This document shows positions 1 through 8,911 of a DNA stretch of 64,000 bases, piece by piece. The position numbers and the translations under genes are program-made. Position 1 is the first letter of the stretch, and each line of letters opens with the position of its first letter. Source of the stretch: Gammaproteobacteria bacterium (GTDB taxonomy: Bacteria; Pseudomonadota; Gammaproteobacteria; Eutrophobiales; Eutrophobiaceae). The notes under the pieces are model-generated. The model was not told the origin of the DNA. It ran no database searches and saw nothing but the letters and a program-made list of their open reading frames with translations. The stretch covers positions 1,887,284 through 1,951,283 of the forward strand of contig CBDBDW010000002.1 of NCBI GenBank assembly GCA_965204045.1. The letters run 5' to 3'.

Positions 1-353
1 ACATCAGGGACGCGGAAGCGCGGGGTTGCGCGGTATTCATCGCCGCCGCGGGCCTGGCCGCGCACCTCGCCGGCGCGGTGGCCGCAACCACCACGAAGCC
101 GGTCATCGGCGTACCCCTGGACGCCGGGCCGTTAAGCGGTATCGATGCATTGCTGGCGACGGTGCAGATGCCGGGAGGCATCCCGGTGGGCACCGTTGCG
201 ATCGGCAAGGCCGGCGCGAAGAATGCCGCCTACCTGGCCGCGCAAATTCTCGCCCTGCAGGATGCTGAACTCGCCGCCGCCATCAGCGCGGAACGCGAGC
301 AGATGACCCGCTCGGTCCAGGCAAAGGATGCGGCGCTGCAGGAGCAACTGTGA
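1..353 (+). CDS. purE: N5-carboxyaminoimidazole ribonucleotide mutase PurE, 3' part (5' end outside window)
   Basis: ORF is open from the window edge in the frame of the 78..353 track ORF. Contains ...[27 protein letters not shown]...[21 protein letters not shown]..., the typical PurE core. Confidence 0.85.
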   Translation, partial: IRDAEARGCAVFIAAAGLAAHLAGAVAATTTKPVIGVPLDAGPLSGIDALLATVQMPGGIPVGTVAIGKAGAKNAAYLAAQILALQDAELAAAISAEREQMTRSVQAKDAALQEQL

Positions 354-359
354 TATCCA

Positions 360-426
360 GGGGTCAGAGTAAAATCTCCCCTGATCCTGCCATCGGCCAC
401 GTTCCTCAAGATTTTACTCTGACCCC
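360..426. repeat. Family-A palindromic repeat pair (GGGGTCAGAGTAAAAT ... ATTTTACTCTGACCCC)
   Basis: A 16-nt arm and its exact reverse complement are separated by about 35 nt, just downstream of the purE stop. Confidence 0.9.
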
Positions 427-462
427 ATTTATCGACCCCGGGTATCTTCCGGTTAATCCATA

Positions 463-1014
463 TTGAAAAGCTGGGAAATCCATAATGCGCTGGGCGTCCT
501 GCAAGACGGCGGCGTCATCGCCTATCCTACCGAGGCGGTCATGGGCCTGGGCTGCGACCCCTGGGATGAGGATGCGGTGGCTGAACTGCTGCGGCTGAAG
601 CGGCGACCCGCCGACAAGGGCCTGATCGTTGCCGCCTCAAGCATCGAACAGTTATCCGACCTGGTGGATTTTTCCCGGGCGCCCAGGCTGGAAGAGATTA
701 CCGGTTCATGGCCCGGCCCGGTCACCTGGCTGGTGCCGGCGCATTCTTTTACGCCGCGCTGGCTGACGGGCCGGCACGATACCCTGGCGGTGCGGGTGTC
801 GGCGCATCCCGTCGTTCAACAATTGTGTGACACAGCCGGCGCGCTCATCTCTACCAGCGCCAACCCGTCCGGTTGCCGGCCGGCCCGAACCCGGCGGCGC
901 GTCAGGGCTTATTTCGGCCCGGACGTGGACTGTTACGTTCCAGGCAATGTCGGCGGAGATGACAGGCCCAGCACAATCAGGGACGCGCTTACCGGTCGCG
1001 TGGTGCGGGCGTGA
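463..1014 (+). CDS. tsaC: L-threonylcarbamoyladenylate synthase (TsaC/YrdC family)
   Basis: 183 aa with a TTG start. Carries the YrdC-like motifs 'GGVIAYPTEAVMGLGCDP', 'KRRPADKGLIV' and 'STSANPSG'. Confidence 0.8.
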   Translation: MKSWEIHNALGVLQDGGVIAYPTEAVMGLGCDPWDEDAVAELLRLKRRPADKGLIVAASSIEQLSDLVDFSRAPRLEEITGSWPGPVTWLVPAHSFTPRWLTGRHDTLAVRVSAHPVVQQLCDTAGALISTSANPSGCRPARTRRRVRAYFGPDVDCYVPGNVGGDDRPSTIRDALTGRVVRA

Positions 1015-1022
1015 ATAATTCA

Positions 1023-1038
1023 GGGGTCAGAGTAAAAT
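1023..1038 (+). repeat. Family-A repeat, single arm
   Basis: Exact GGGGTCAGAGTAAAAT downstream of the tsaC stop. Confidence 0.8.
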
Positions 1039-1145
1039 CACTCCGTTCACGCGGCGTCCTTTAAACCACATTCACAACGGGCAAATATTGGTGTAAAATT
1101 ACGGCGATAATATCAAGACAATATTTCCCTGCCAGGAGAACAATA

Positions 1146-3404
1146 ATGGGCGATACGATAAGCAAAAGAATAACTTCAAAGTTTGGTCTTTTCACCCTGC
1201 TGTGTGCCCTCGTTGTGCCTGCTCATTCCCAGACCGTGCTGGAGGAGATAGTGGTGACCGCGCAGAAACGCGAGCAGAACATACAGGACGTGCCTATCTC
1301 AATCACCAGGATGTCCGGTCAGTGGCTTGAATCCAAGTTCGCAGGGGGAGGGGATGTCCTGGAACTGGCCAGCACGGTGCCGGGGCTGCACGTGGAGAGT
1401 TCCAACGGCCGGTTATCCCCGCGTTTCTACATGCGCGGCCTGGGCAATGCCGACTTTACCGCAGCCGCATCGCAACCCGTGTCCATCGTTTTTGACGAAG
1501 TGCCGATGGAAAAAGCGTCTCTCAAATCATTTCCCATCTTCGACCTGGACGATATAGAGGTGATTCGCGGCCCCCAGGGCACCCTGTTCGGGCGCAACAC
1601 TACGGCGGGCATCCTCAAGTTCGATTCGCGCCGCCCCACCGAGGAAACGGAAGGCTATATCAAGGCTTCCGGGGGCAACAAGGGAACGGTAAACGTGGAG
1701 GGAGCCGTCGGCGGCACCCTGGTTGAGAACACCTTGATGGGCCGGGTCTCGTTCATTACTCAACATCGCTCGGACTGGGTCAGTAACGCCTATACCGGTG
1801 AAAACGACGCCCTGGGCGGGTTCGATATCTTTGCCGGACGCGCGCAGTTATTGTGGACGCCCACCGATGATTTCAGCGCGCTGCTGTTGTACCAGCACCA
1901 GGACCAGGGCGGCAATTCTGCGTCGCTGTTTCGCGCCAATGTTTTCGACAAGGGCAGTAACAAGCTGAATGAAAATTACGACCGTAATACGATCTATTTC
2001 GATGGCGGCAACAATAACCCGGCGAAAATAAAGAGCTTTGGGGTTACCTTGAGACTGGACTATGACCTTACCAACCACACCATCACCTCAATCACGTCAT
2101 ACCAGGACATCTACGACCGGTTTGCCCGCGGCGACATTGATGGGGGGTACGGCTGTCTATTTACCTGTGGAGGCTTTGCACCGGGGCCGCATGGTCCGTT
2201 CGGTCCGCCCAGCACGCCTTTCAACCCGTTCGCCTCACCTTTCGTGGTTAACGTCGATACCGGTGGCGACCAGAACGTCGAGCAGCTTACCCAGGAATTC
2301 CGCCTCGCCAGCAACCTGGATGGGGCGTTGAATTACCAGTTCGGCATTTTCTACTTTGAGGATGTTCTGGAGAGCGTCTCCTCGGACCAAAATGCTGGCG
2401 CTACGGAATTCACTCCAGTGTCAGTTTCCAATGTCGAGAACACGGCCTGGGCTATGTTTGGGCAGGGCACCTACAATGTGACAGACCGATTAACTCTAAC
2501 CGCAGGGGTGCGTTACACTGACGATGAGAAGGATGCTGAACATTCCAGGTTCAGGCCCGTTGCCGAGGTGCTTCCCCTGATCAGCTTGGGGGACAGTCAC
2601 GTCGGGTGGGATGCGTCTCTGGCTTACGCTATCAACGACGACGTCCAGGTCTATTTCCGTGCGGCCACCGGTTTCCGGGCGCCCACTATCCAGGACCGCT
2701 TGCAAGATGATCCTGAAGTCACCACCGCTGACTCGGAGACCATCAGATCTTACGAGGCTGGCTTCAAGGCGTTGTTCGAGAAGGTAAGGCTTAACGTGGC
2801 GGGTTTCTATTACGAGGTCGATGATATGCAACTGGTCGCGGTAGGCGGCGACGCCAATACGACGACCCTGCTGAACGCGGACGAGGGTGTCGGTTACGGT
2901 GTTGAGTTCGACGTTGATATCGCCCTGACCGACAACATGATCCTGTCCGGCGGTTTCGGATATAACAAAACGGAACTCAATGATAAGCAACTGACCTTGC
3001 CGGTAGGCCCCATGGCTACCAGCCGGGACCCGCTGGATGAAAACGGCAGGGCAATCATTAACGGCAACCCGTTCCAGCACGCGCCGAAGTGGACTGCGAA
3101 CCTGCAACTGGATTACACCCATCCCCTGGCAAACGGCAATGAACTGTACCTGTTCACCGACTGGAAGCTGAAAGGCAAGACCAGTGATTTTCTTTACGAA
3201 AGCGTTGAATTCACCTTCGGGACCCAGTTTGAGGGGGGGTTGAGGCTGGGTTACCGGGACACGGTCAGAAACTTCGAGATCGGCATGTTTGCCCGCAATA
3301 TCACCAATGAGCATAACCCCATCGGCGGCATCGACTTCGCCAACAACCTCGGCTACGTCAACCAGCCGAGAATCTGGGGCGCGGAGGCCAGGTACAGCTT
3401 CTGA
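1146..3404 (+). CDS. TonB-dependent receptor
   Basis: 752 aa with a signal peptide. Plug motif 'VVTAQKREQNIQDVPISIT', 'VIRGPQGTLFGRNTTAG' and a C-terminal aromatic end '...ARYSF'. Confidence 0.9.
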   Translation: MGDTISKRITSKFGLFTLLCALVVPAHSQTVLEEIVVTAQKREQNIQDVPISITRMSGQWLESKFAGGGDVLELASTVPGLHVESSNGRLSPRFYMRGLGNADFTAAASQPVSIVFDEVPMEKASLKSFPIFDLDDIEVIRGPQGTLFGRNTTAGILKFDSRRPTEETEGYIKASGGNKGTVNVEGAVGGTLVENTLMGRVSFITQHRSDWVSNAYTGENDALGGFDIFAGRAQLLWTPTDDFSALLLYQHQDQGGNSASLFRANVFDKGSNKLNENYDRNTIYFDGGNNNPAKIKSFGVTLRLDYDLTNHTITSITSYQDIYDRFARGDIDGGYGCLFTCGGFAPGPHGPFGPPSTPFNPFASPFVVNVDTGGDQNVEQLTQEFRLASNLDGALNYQFGIFYFEDVLESVSSDQNAGATEFTPVSVSNVENTAWAMFGQGTYNVTDRLTLTAGVRYTDDEKDAEHSRFRPVAEVLPLISLGDSHVGWDASLAYAINDDVQVYFRAATGFRAPTIQDRLQDDPEVTTADSETIRSYEAGFKALFEKVRLNVAGFYYEVDDMQLVAVGGDANTTTLLNADEGVGYGVEFDVDIALTDNMILSGGFGYNKTELNDKQLTLPVGPMATSRDPLDENGRAIINGNPFQHAPKWTANLQLDYTHPLANGNELYLFTDWKLKGKTSDFLYESVEFTFGTQFEGGLRLGYRDTVRNFEIGMFARNITNEHNPIGGIDFANNLGYVNQPRIWGAEARYSF

Positions 3405-3423
3405 ATCTTGCGGGATTTGCATT

Positions 3424-3520
3424 CGCCATTCCCGCGCAAGCGGGAATCCAGTGAAACAAGGTGCCGCCCATGGCGACACTTTATTCGACCGGATTCCGGG
3501 TCAAGCCCGGAAAGACAACC
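3424..3520. repeat. Family-D REP-like element (ATTCCCGCG-N-CGGGAATCCAGTG type hairpins)
   Basis: 'cattcccgcgcaagcgggaatccagtg' plus a degenerate inverted partner 'ggattccgggtcaagcccggaaag'. The same architecture forms the core of the MITEs at 21130 and 27478. Confidence 0.7.
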
Positions 3521-3527
3521 AGAGTGA

Positions 3528-3587
3528 GGGGGACAGACCCCCGCTTACAACATGCGGGGGCATGCTTTGAATCTGTCCCCTTTTTTT
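3528..3587 (+). repeat. Family-B long palindromic element followed by a T7 tract (terminator-like)
   Basis: GGGGGACAGACCCCCGCTTACAACATGCGGGGGCATGCTTTGAATCTGTCCCC forms nested stems and is followed by TTTTTTT. It lies downstream of the receptor gene on the same strand. Confidence 0.75.
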
Positions 3588-3594
3588 CGTTCAC

Positions 3595-4650
3595 ATGACT
3601 GCAACCAGACGCTCATTTCTTAAAACATCGCTTGCGCTTCTGGCCGTCGGGACGCTTATTCCACAGATAGCCGGTTCTGCCGGAAACCGGTCCTTGCCCG
3701 GCGCGCAAGGGCGCAGGATACCCGTTATACTCGATTCCGACATCGGTGACGACATAGACGATACCTGGGCATTGCTGATGCTGCTTCGGTCCCCGCAGTT
3801 TGACGTGAAGCTCGTGGTAAGCGATTTCGGCAATGCCATATACCGCTGCCGCCTGTTTGCAAAGTTGCTGGAACTCACCGGTTGTACCCATATCCCAGTC
3901 GGAGTGGGGCTTGATCCGGTTGACGAACCAGGCAGGCAAAGCGGATGGATAGGAGATTACCGGCTGGAAGACTATCCAGGTACGGTGTACCGCGATGGTG
4001 TTCAAGCGCTGATCGATACGGTTATGCAATCTCCGGATCCGGTCACGTTGCTATGCGTCGGGCCCGTTCCGAATATCGCCGAGGCCCTCAGGCGGGAGCC
4101 TGCCATTGCGGGTAATGCACGTTTTGTGGGTATGCACGGTTCCATCTACAAGGGTTACGACGGCGCGGCGACACCGGCGGCAGAATGGAACGTCAAGTCC
4201 GACGCGACAGCGCTGCAACAGGTATTCGCTGCCCCCTGGGATTGCACCATCACGCCGCTGGACACCTGCGGACTGGTAACATTGACCGGCGCGAATTACC
4301 AGAGAATCTATCGCAGCGAAGATCCCTGGCTCAAGGCTTTGATCGAGAATTACCGGATCTGGCTACCCCTGGCGCCGTTCATCAAACCGGGGACTGATCC
4401 GGGCCTGATGAGCACGACCCTGTTCGATACCGTTGCCGTTCATGCAGCGTATTCGCAGGAATTCCTGGTGATGGAAGATCTGCCCCTGCGCGTCACGGAT
4501 GATGGCTACACCGTGGTGGACAGCCGGAACGGCCGTATCGTTCACTGCGCCACGAAGTGGCAGGACATCCAGGCGTTCAAAGACAGGTTAACCGATACAT
4601 TGCTCGGCCCAGAAGAAAAAAGGGGGACAGATTTAAAATCTGTCCCCTGA
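3595..4650 (+). CDS. Inosine/uridine-preferring nucleoside hydrolase family protein, Tat signal
   Basis: 351 aa. Twin-arginine leader 'TRRSFLKTSLALLAVG' and IU_nuc_hydro motif 'DSDIGDDIDDTWAL'. The last 9 codons (RGTDLKSVP) are encoded by a family-B palindrome. Confidence 0.8.
   Translation: MTATRRSFLKTSLALLAVGTLIPQIAGSAGNRSLPGAQGRRIPVILDSDIGDDIDDTWALLMLLRSPQFDVKLVVSDFGNAIYRCRLFAKLLELTGCTHIPVGVGLDPVDEPGRQSGWIGDYRLEDYPGTVYRDGVQALIDTVMQSPDPVTLLCVGPVPNIAEALRREPAIAGNARFVGMHGSIYKGYDGAATPAAEWNVKSDATALQQVFAAPWDCTITPLDTCGLVTLTGANYQRIYRSEDPWLKALIENYRIWLPLAPFIKPGTDPGLMSTTLFDTVAVHAAYSQEFLVMEDLPLRVTDDGYTVVDSRNGRIVHCATKWQDIQAFKDRLTDTLLGPEEKRGTDLKSVP
4622..4647. repeat. Family-B short palindrome GGGGGACAGATTTAAAATCTGTCCCC
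   Basis: 26-nt palindrome with GGGGACAGAT arms around a short central spacer, identical to the copy at 61325-61350. Confidence 0.9.
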
Positions 4651-4665
4651 CACTTGCAGCCACTC

Positions 4666-4717
4666 GAGACAGAACCCCGCTGACAACATGCGTGGGCATA
4701 CTTTAAATCTGTCCCCC
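4666..4717 (+). repeat. Family-B long element (degenerate copy)
   Basis: 'gagacagaaccccgctgacaacatgcgtgggcatactttaaatctgtccccc' aligns with the 3528, 22425 and 23097 copies. Confidence 0.75.
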
Positions 4718-4723
4718 TTTTCT

Positions 4724-5200
4724 TTAATTGTGTTGCCAGTCGTACGCTTCCGCCGCGATGACGGCATCGGGCAGCCACGTCTCATGTACGTGGAACCACT
4801 TTACGCCGTTGGGCGCATCCTTATCATCAACAAATACGGCCGAGGACAGCCGTCCGTTGTTCTCAGGTTTGGATTGCAAGGCGTTCCTCTGCCATTCCTG
4901 GTAGTTCACAAGATATACCGAAGCACCGGGTAGAGAGTGCTGTTGGATGGCGCGGATACTGATATGAAAATCCGGGTTGCTGCCGTACAGTTTCCTGAAC
5001 TCAGGCCAGAAATGGGCGCCGTAAATCATCATGCCCCCGGGCAGGATAATGTTGAAATCCCCGTGCATCCGGTCCAGCAGGCGCTCCGCAAAAACCTGCT
5101 CGCTGTTCTCGCAGTACCCGCCGAACCAGTCTTCAAAAAAAACGTGCAGGTCAATGACTTCCTGCGCAAATCGGTCGGTGTATTGTTTGTCGGTATGCAT
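4724..5200 (-). CDS. DUF4440/SnoaL-like (NTF2 fold) hypothetical protein
   Basis: The track ORF is 4724..5296. I chose the internal ATG at 5200 (MHTDKQ...), which removes the overlap with the upstream oxidase. The NTF2-like assignment rests only on the overall residue pattern ('WF.G...', 'WFHVHETWLP'). Confidence 0.5.
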   Translation of the reverse strand: MHTDKQYTDRFAQEVIDLHVFFEDWFGGYCENSEQVFAERLLDRMHGDFNIILPGGMMIYGAHFWPEFRKLYGSNPDFHISIRAIQQHSLPGASVYLVNYQEWQRNALQSKPENNGRLSSAVFVDDKDAPNGVKWFHVHETWLPDAVIAAEAYDWQHN

Positions 5201-5220
5201 GTGTCTATCGCTCCCAAATG

Positions 5221-6702
5221 TTATGAATATCCAATATATGTATGAAAGACCTTGCCGGGGTCGTATTTTTTTCGCAGTTCGGCCAGGCGCTTCCAACTAT
5301 CCTCCGAGAAAGAAGACTTAACCCTCTCCGGGAACAGGGTTGCTTCAGTTTCATTGATGTAAGTCCCCTTGCTGAATGGTTCCAAGAGGTCGTTCGTCTG
5401 TTTTAACCAGGCATGGTTGGCCCCGTCATTCTCCGCGTCGTTCCAGAGCAGGTAGCTGGCCACGTAATGGTTGGCGATGCGCGAGAAACAGGCATCCTCA
5501 CGCAATTCCGGCTTGACCCCGTAGGAGCATAATACGTGAGTGCGGGCTGACGGCGTTTTTTTGAAATGTTCCACAAGGGACAATAAGGCCTGTCCCGGGT
5601 CGTCGGTCCAGACGTTATCGACTGCGTAACGGCCAATGCTTGTATCGACGTTTTCCGGGTTGTAGAGTTTTGCGAATGAAGAGGGTTGGTCTTCCAACCT
5701 GAACACGCTGGCTGAAGCAAGTTCGCTGTCTGCGAACGGGGCCAGCATTGCCTTTGCGTCTTTTTCCGTGTCGGCGAATGCATTGACACCCACCATGCAT
5801 ATTTTGGCCTCAGTCGGCGGTGTATTTTCAGGAGCCTGCGGGTCATGCATCAACAGGAGGAGTATTTCCACGCGCTCATCCTTTATTTGATTGAGTTTAT
5901 CCAGGGCTGCAACGACTGTCTGCAGGTTGTCGATGGGTGAAATATACATACTGGTGTATATCGCCTGCGGCAGAGGATATAACTGTAATTCCAGTTCTGT
6001 GACGATACCGAAAAAACCGGGGCCGACACCGCGCACGGCCCAGTACAGGTCAGGATAGGAATCGGCGCTGGCGGTAACTTTTCTGCCGTCGGCCAAGATA
6101 ACGTCCGCGCTCTTTATCGAGTAACAGGCGACACTTCCCCAGTGGGCATGGTTCCAGCCTGCACCGCCGCCGAGCAGGTAGCCGCCGAGCGCTACGGTAG
6201 GGCAGTGGGCGGCAGGGAAGGCGAGGCCGTGTTTGCCTGCCTCCCGGACAAGTTGCTCGGACCAAAGCGCCGGTTGTATTCGCGCAGTTTTTCGGTCGGC
6301 GTCTATTTCTACATCCCTCAGCAATGCCAGGTCGATCAATATACCGCCATCGCGTAACGCGGCGCCGGTGGAATTATGGCCACTGCTTCTTGCCGACACC
6401 TTGAGCCCGTTGTCTGTGGCGTGCTTCACCGCGCTGATCACATCCTGTTCGGAATGAGCCCGGATGATCGTGTCCGGGTAGCGCTCAGGCTTTCTCAGGT
6501 GCCACACCATGCTGTTGCGCCAGGCCTCGTACTGGCCGTCTCCCCGGTTTACGACTTCACCGGCTACCAACCGTTCCAGCCCTCCGGTAGCACCACCCGG
6601 TCCGGCAAACAGGGAACCGGAATACAGTTGGCCGATAGCACCTGATATCCCCAGTGCGCCGAGCTGGCGTAACACATCTCTTCTACTTGGATCAGTTAAC
6701 AT
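5221..6702 (-). CDS. FAD-linked oxidase (FAD_binding_4 + BBE-like C-terminus), Tat signal
   Basis: 493 aa. Leader 'SRRDVLRQLGALGISGA' and BBE-like tail 'LAELRKKYDPGKVFH'. Confidence 0.8.
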   Translation of the reverse strand: MLTDPSRRDVLRQLGALGISGAIGQLYSGSLFAGPGGATGGLERLVAGEVVNRGDGQYEAWRNSMVWHLRKPERYPDTIIRAHSEQDVISAVKHATDNGLKVSARSSGHNSTGAALRDGGILIDLALLRDVEIDADRKTARIQPALWSEQLVREAGKHGLAFPAAHCPTVALGGYLLGGGAGWNHAHWGSVACYSIKSADVILADGRKVTASADSYPDLYWAVRGVGPGFFGIVTELELQLYPLPQAIYTSMYISPIDNLQTVVAALDKLNQIKDERVEILLLLMHDPQAPENTPPTEAKICMVGVNAFADTEKDAKAMLAPFADSELASASVFRLEDQPSSFAKLYNPENVDTSIGRYAVDNVWTDDPGQALLSLVEHFKKTPSARTHVLCSYGVKPELREDACFSRIANHYVASYLLWNDAENDGANHAWLKQTNDLLEPFSKGTYINETEATLFPERVKSSFSEDSWKRLAELRKKYDPGKVFHTYIGYS

Positions 6703-6833
6703 GGTCGGACTTTAGCGATCAGGTTTGTCAATAAGCGCCATTATGTAATAAAGTCCGGTTTCAGTGTGAAAAAATATTCGTTGGACGGGATGCCTCCGGT
6801 GACTGTGCAAGACAGAATTGTCGAGATTTAACT

Positions 6834-7880
6834 ATGCCTGAAAACAAAGCTGAAACGGTAGTTCCTGTTAATCCTGGAAGCGATGCTTCAGACTTGCTCT
6901 CTGATATACCACCCAAGTATGCACCGCTCGATCAGCAGCCTTACGATCGTCATTTTGGATTGAGGCTGGCGACGCCCGTACCGGAGACTCACGGTATAAA
7001 AGACATCTGCATGGTCAGGAAAGGACTGGCTGTGCTGATAGGCGACGTTGAGCACGATTATGCCCATAGTGACATGAGCGAAAGCGATGACGTGGTCAAG
7101 TTCCATTTCCGCTACAGCGGCAGCAGCGAGATAGGCGCCGAAGGGAGAGAACTGGAACCGGTGGACCCCATGACCTTTGGCGTCCTGATCCAGCCTTCGG
7201 GTATGAAAAAGATCGAGTGTTTTCCCGCACACCAGCACGAACAGTCGGTCACTCTGCTGTGTGAGCCACCATTCCTGGAAGAAATCATTTCCGGCACGTC
7301 GCTGTTGAAATCAACGCCCCTGGGGCAGTTCCTGTACGGTGAGCAGAAGGACATGTACTACTGTGCAGTGCGTATGCGTCCGGAGATGATTTCAGCAGTC
7401 AAATCCCTGTTTGAGATGAATTATACGGGCCGCCTGCAACAATTGCAGATCGAGGCCAAGACCCTGGAATTGCTTTGTTACACACTGGACCAGTTATCGA
7501 AAATGTGGACGGGTGCGGGGACGGATAAAACCCCGCTCCGGCAGAGGGACATCAAGCGCGTCGCGGAGATATGCGAGATTCTGGATAATGACTTGTCGAA
7601 AGCGCCCACTATCAGCGAACTGGCCAAATCCCTGTCCTGGAATGAGACCCAGTTGATGCGGGTGTTCAGGCAGGCCGTAGGCACAACCGTACATAATTAC
7701 CAGCACCGGGCGCGCATGGAAAAGGCCTGTGATTTGCTGGCAAATACGGAAATGACGATTACTCAAATCGCCATGAACCTGGGTTATGAGTATTCGAGCA
7801 ACTTTACCACGGCATTCAGAAAGCATTTTGGAGTAACCCCCAGGCAGGTAAGAACCGGACATCCCCCGATAGCAGTGTAA
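6834..7880 (+). CDS. AraC family transcriptional regulator
   Basis: 348 aa. C-terminal double HTH '...ISELAKSLSWNETQLMRVFRQ...ITQIAMNLGYEYSSNFTTAFRKHFGVTPRQ'. Confidence 0.85.
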   Translation: MPENKAETVVPVNPGSDASDLLSDIPPKYAPLDQQPYDRHFGLRLATPVPETHGIKDICMVRKGLAVLIGDVEHDYAHSDMSESDDVVKFHFRYSGSSEIGAEGRELEPVDPMTFGVLIQPSGMKKIECFPAHQHEQSVTLLCEPPFLEEIISGTSLLKSTPLGQFLYGEQKDMYYCAVRMRPEMISAVKSLFEMNYTGRLQQLQIEAKTLELLCYTLDQLSKMWTGAGTDKTPLRQRDIKRVAEICEILDNDLSKAPTISELAKSLSWNETQLMRVFRQAVGTTVHNYQHRARMEKACDLLANTEMTITQIAMNLGYEYSSNFTTAFRKHFGVTPRQVRTGHPPIAV

Positions 7881-7897
7881 ATCGATATAAACAACGA

Positions 7898-8911
7898 ATG
7901 AGTAAGCATAATCCACCTGCCCTGCATGAATTCCGTCTGACTGCTGAAAGGCTGAAACCCTATACCCGGATAACACCGGTCTTTCATTGGGAGGGTGATA
8001 CGGTCGCCTCCCGGCTCGGGACGGATACGGAACTGTTTCTGAAACTGGAGTTGTTCCAGCGGACCGGTACGTTCAAGGTCCGGGGTGCGGTCAATAACGT
8101 GCTGGCCCTGTCGCCCGACCAGCTTGCCCGGGGCATTACCGCAATGAGCGCCGGCAACCATGCCATTGCCGTCGCCTATGCGGCGCGCGGTGTCAATACC
8201 AGCGCAAAAGTGGTGATGCAGGCCAGCGCCAACCCGGCCCGTGTTGGGATCGCCCGCGCTCTGGGCGCAGAGATTCTGATTGCGGAAAACGGGCCTGTGG
8301 GCTTCGCCATGGTCGAGGACATAGTGGAAAAAGAAGGGCGGACCTTTATCCACCCGTTCGAAGGCAAGCGGATTACGGAAGGCACCGGCACCTGCGGCCT
8401 GGAGTTGCACGCTGCGGTAACAGATCTGGATGCGGTGGTAGTGCCCATCGGCGGCGGCGGGTTGTGTTCCGGCGTCGGGGTGGTAACCGGGTTCCTGAAT
8501 CCGGAATGCAAGGTTTACGGTGTTGAACCCGAAGGGGCCGCCGTGATGAAGAAGAGCCTGGAAGCAGGTTCGCCGCAGAGCCTGACCGAACTGTCAACGA
8601 TAGCCGACAGCCTGGCTCCGCCGTTCACCGCCGACTATTGCTATGCGATGTGCGAGCGTTCTCTGGAAGACCTGGTCACGGTATCGGACGATGAGCTCGC
8701 AGCGGCAGCCGCGATCCTGTTTGAGCACATGAAACTGGCGGTCGAACCTGCAGGCGCCGCCACCACGGCCGCTGCTTTCGGGCCTCTTGCAGACCGGCTC
8801 AGGGGCAAACGGGTCGCGCTCGTAGTCTGTGGTTCAAACATCGATATTGACGGCTTTGCCGATTTGATCAGGCGCGGCCGGAACGGGCTGGACCGGGGTT
8901 TGCTTGCGTGA
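7898..8911 (+). CDS. PLP-dependent threonine/serine dehydratase family enzyme (fold type II)
   Basis: 337 aa. PLP-lysine motif 'FQRTGTFKVRGAVN' and glycine loop 'VPIGGGGL'. Confidence 0.75.
   Translation: MSKHNPPALHEFRLTAERLKPYTRITPVFHWEGDTVASRLGTDTELFLKLELFQRTGTFKVRGAVNNVLALSPDQLARGITAMSAGNHAIAVAYAARGVNTSAKVVMQASANPARVGIARALGAEILIAENGPVGFAMVEDIVEKEGRTFIHPFEGKRITEGTGTCGLELHAAVTDLDAVVVPIGGGGLCSGVGVVTGFLNPECKVYGVEPEGAAVMKKSLEAGSPQSLTELSTIADSLAPPFTADYCYAMCERSLEDLVTVSDDELAAAAAILFEHMKLAVEPAGAATTAAAFGPLADRLRGKRVALVVCGSNIDIDGFADLIRRGRNGLDRGLLA

Noticed and set aside
2496-3479. 327-aa minus-strand ORF inside the first TonB-dependent receptor gene
   Set aside because: It is antisense to a gene with clear receptor motifs and has no recognisable domains. 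It is a GC-driven shadow ORF. The same reasoning applies to 24310..24903 and 24776..25573 in the third receptor.
4542-4778. 78-aa minus-strand ORF spanning the family-B repeats downstream of the nucleoside hydrolase
   Set aside because: It is composed almost entirely of repeat-derived sequence and overlaps the hydrolase 3' end, so it is unlikely to be coding.
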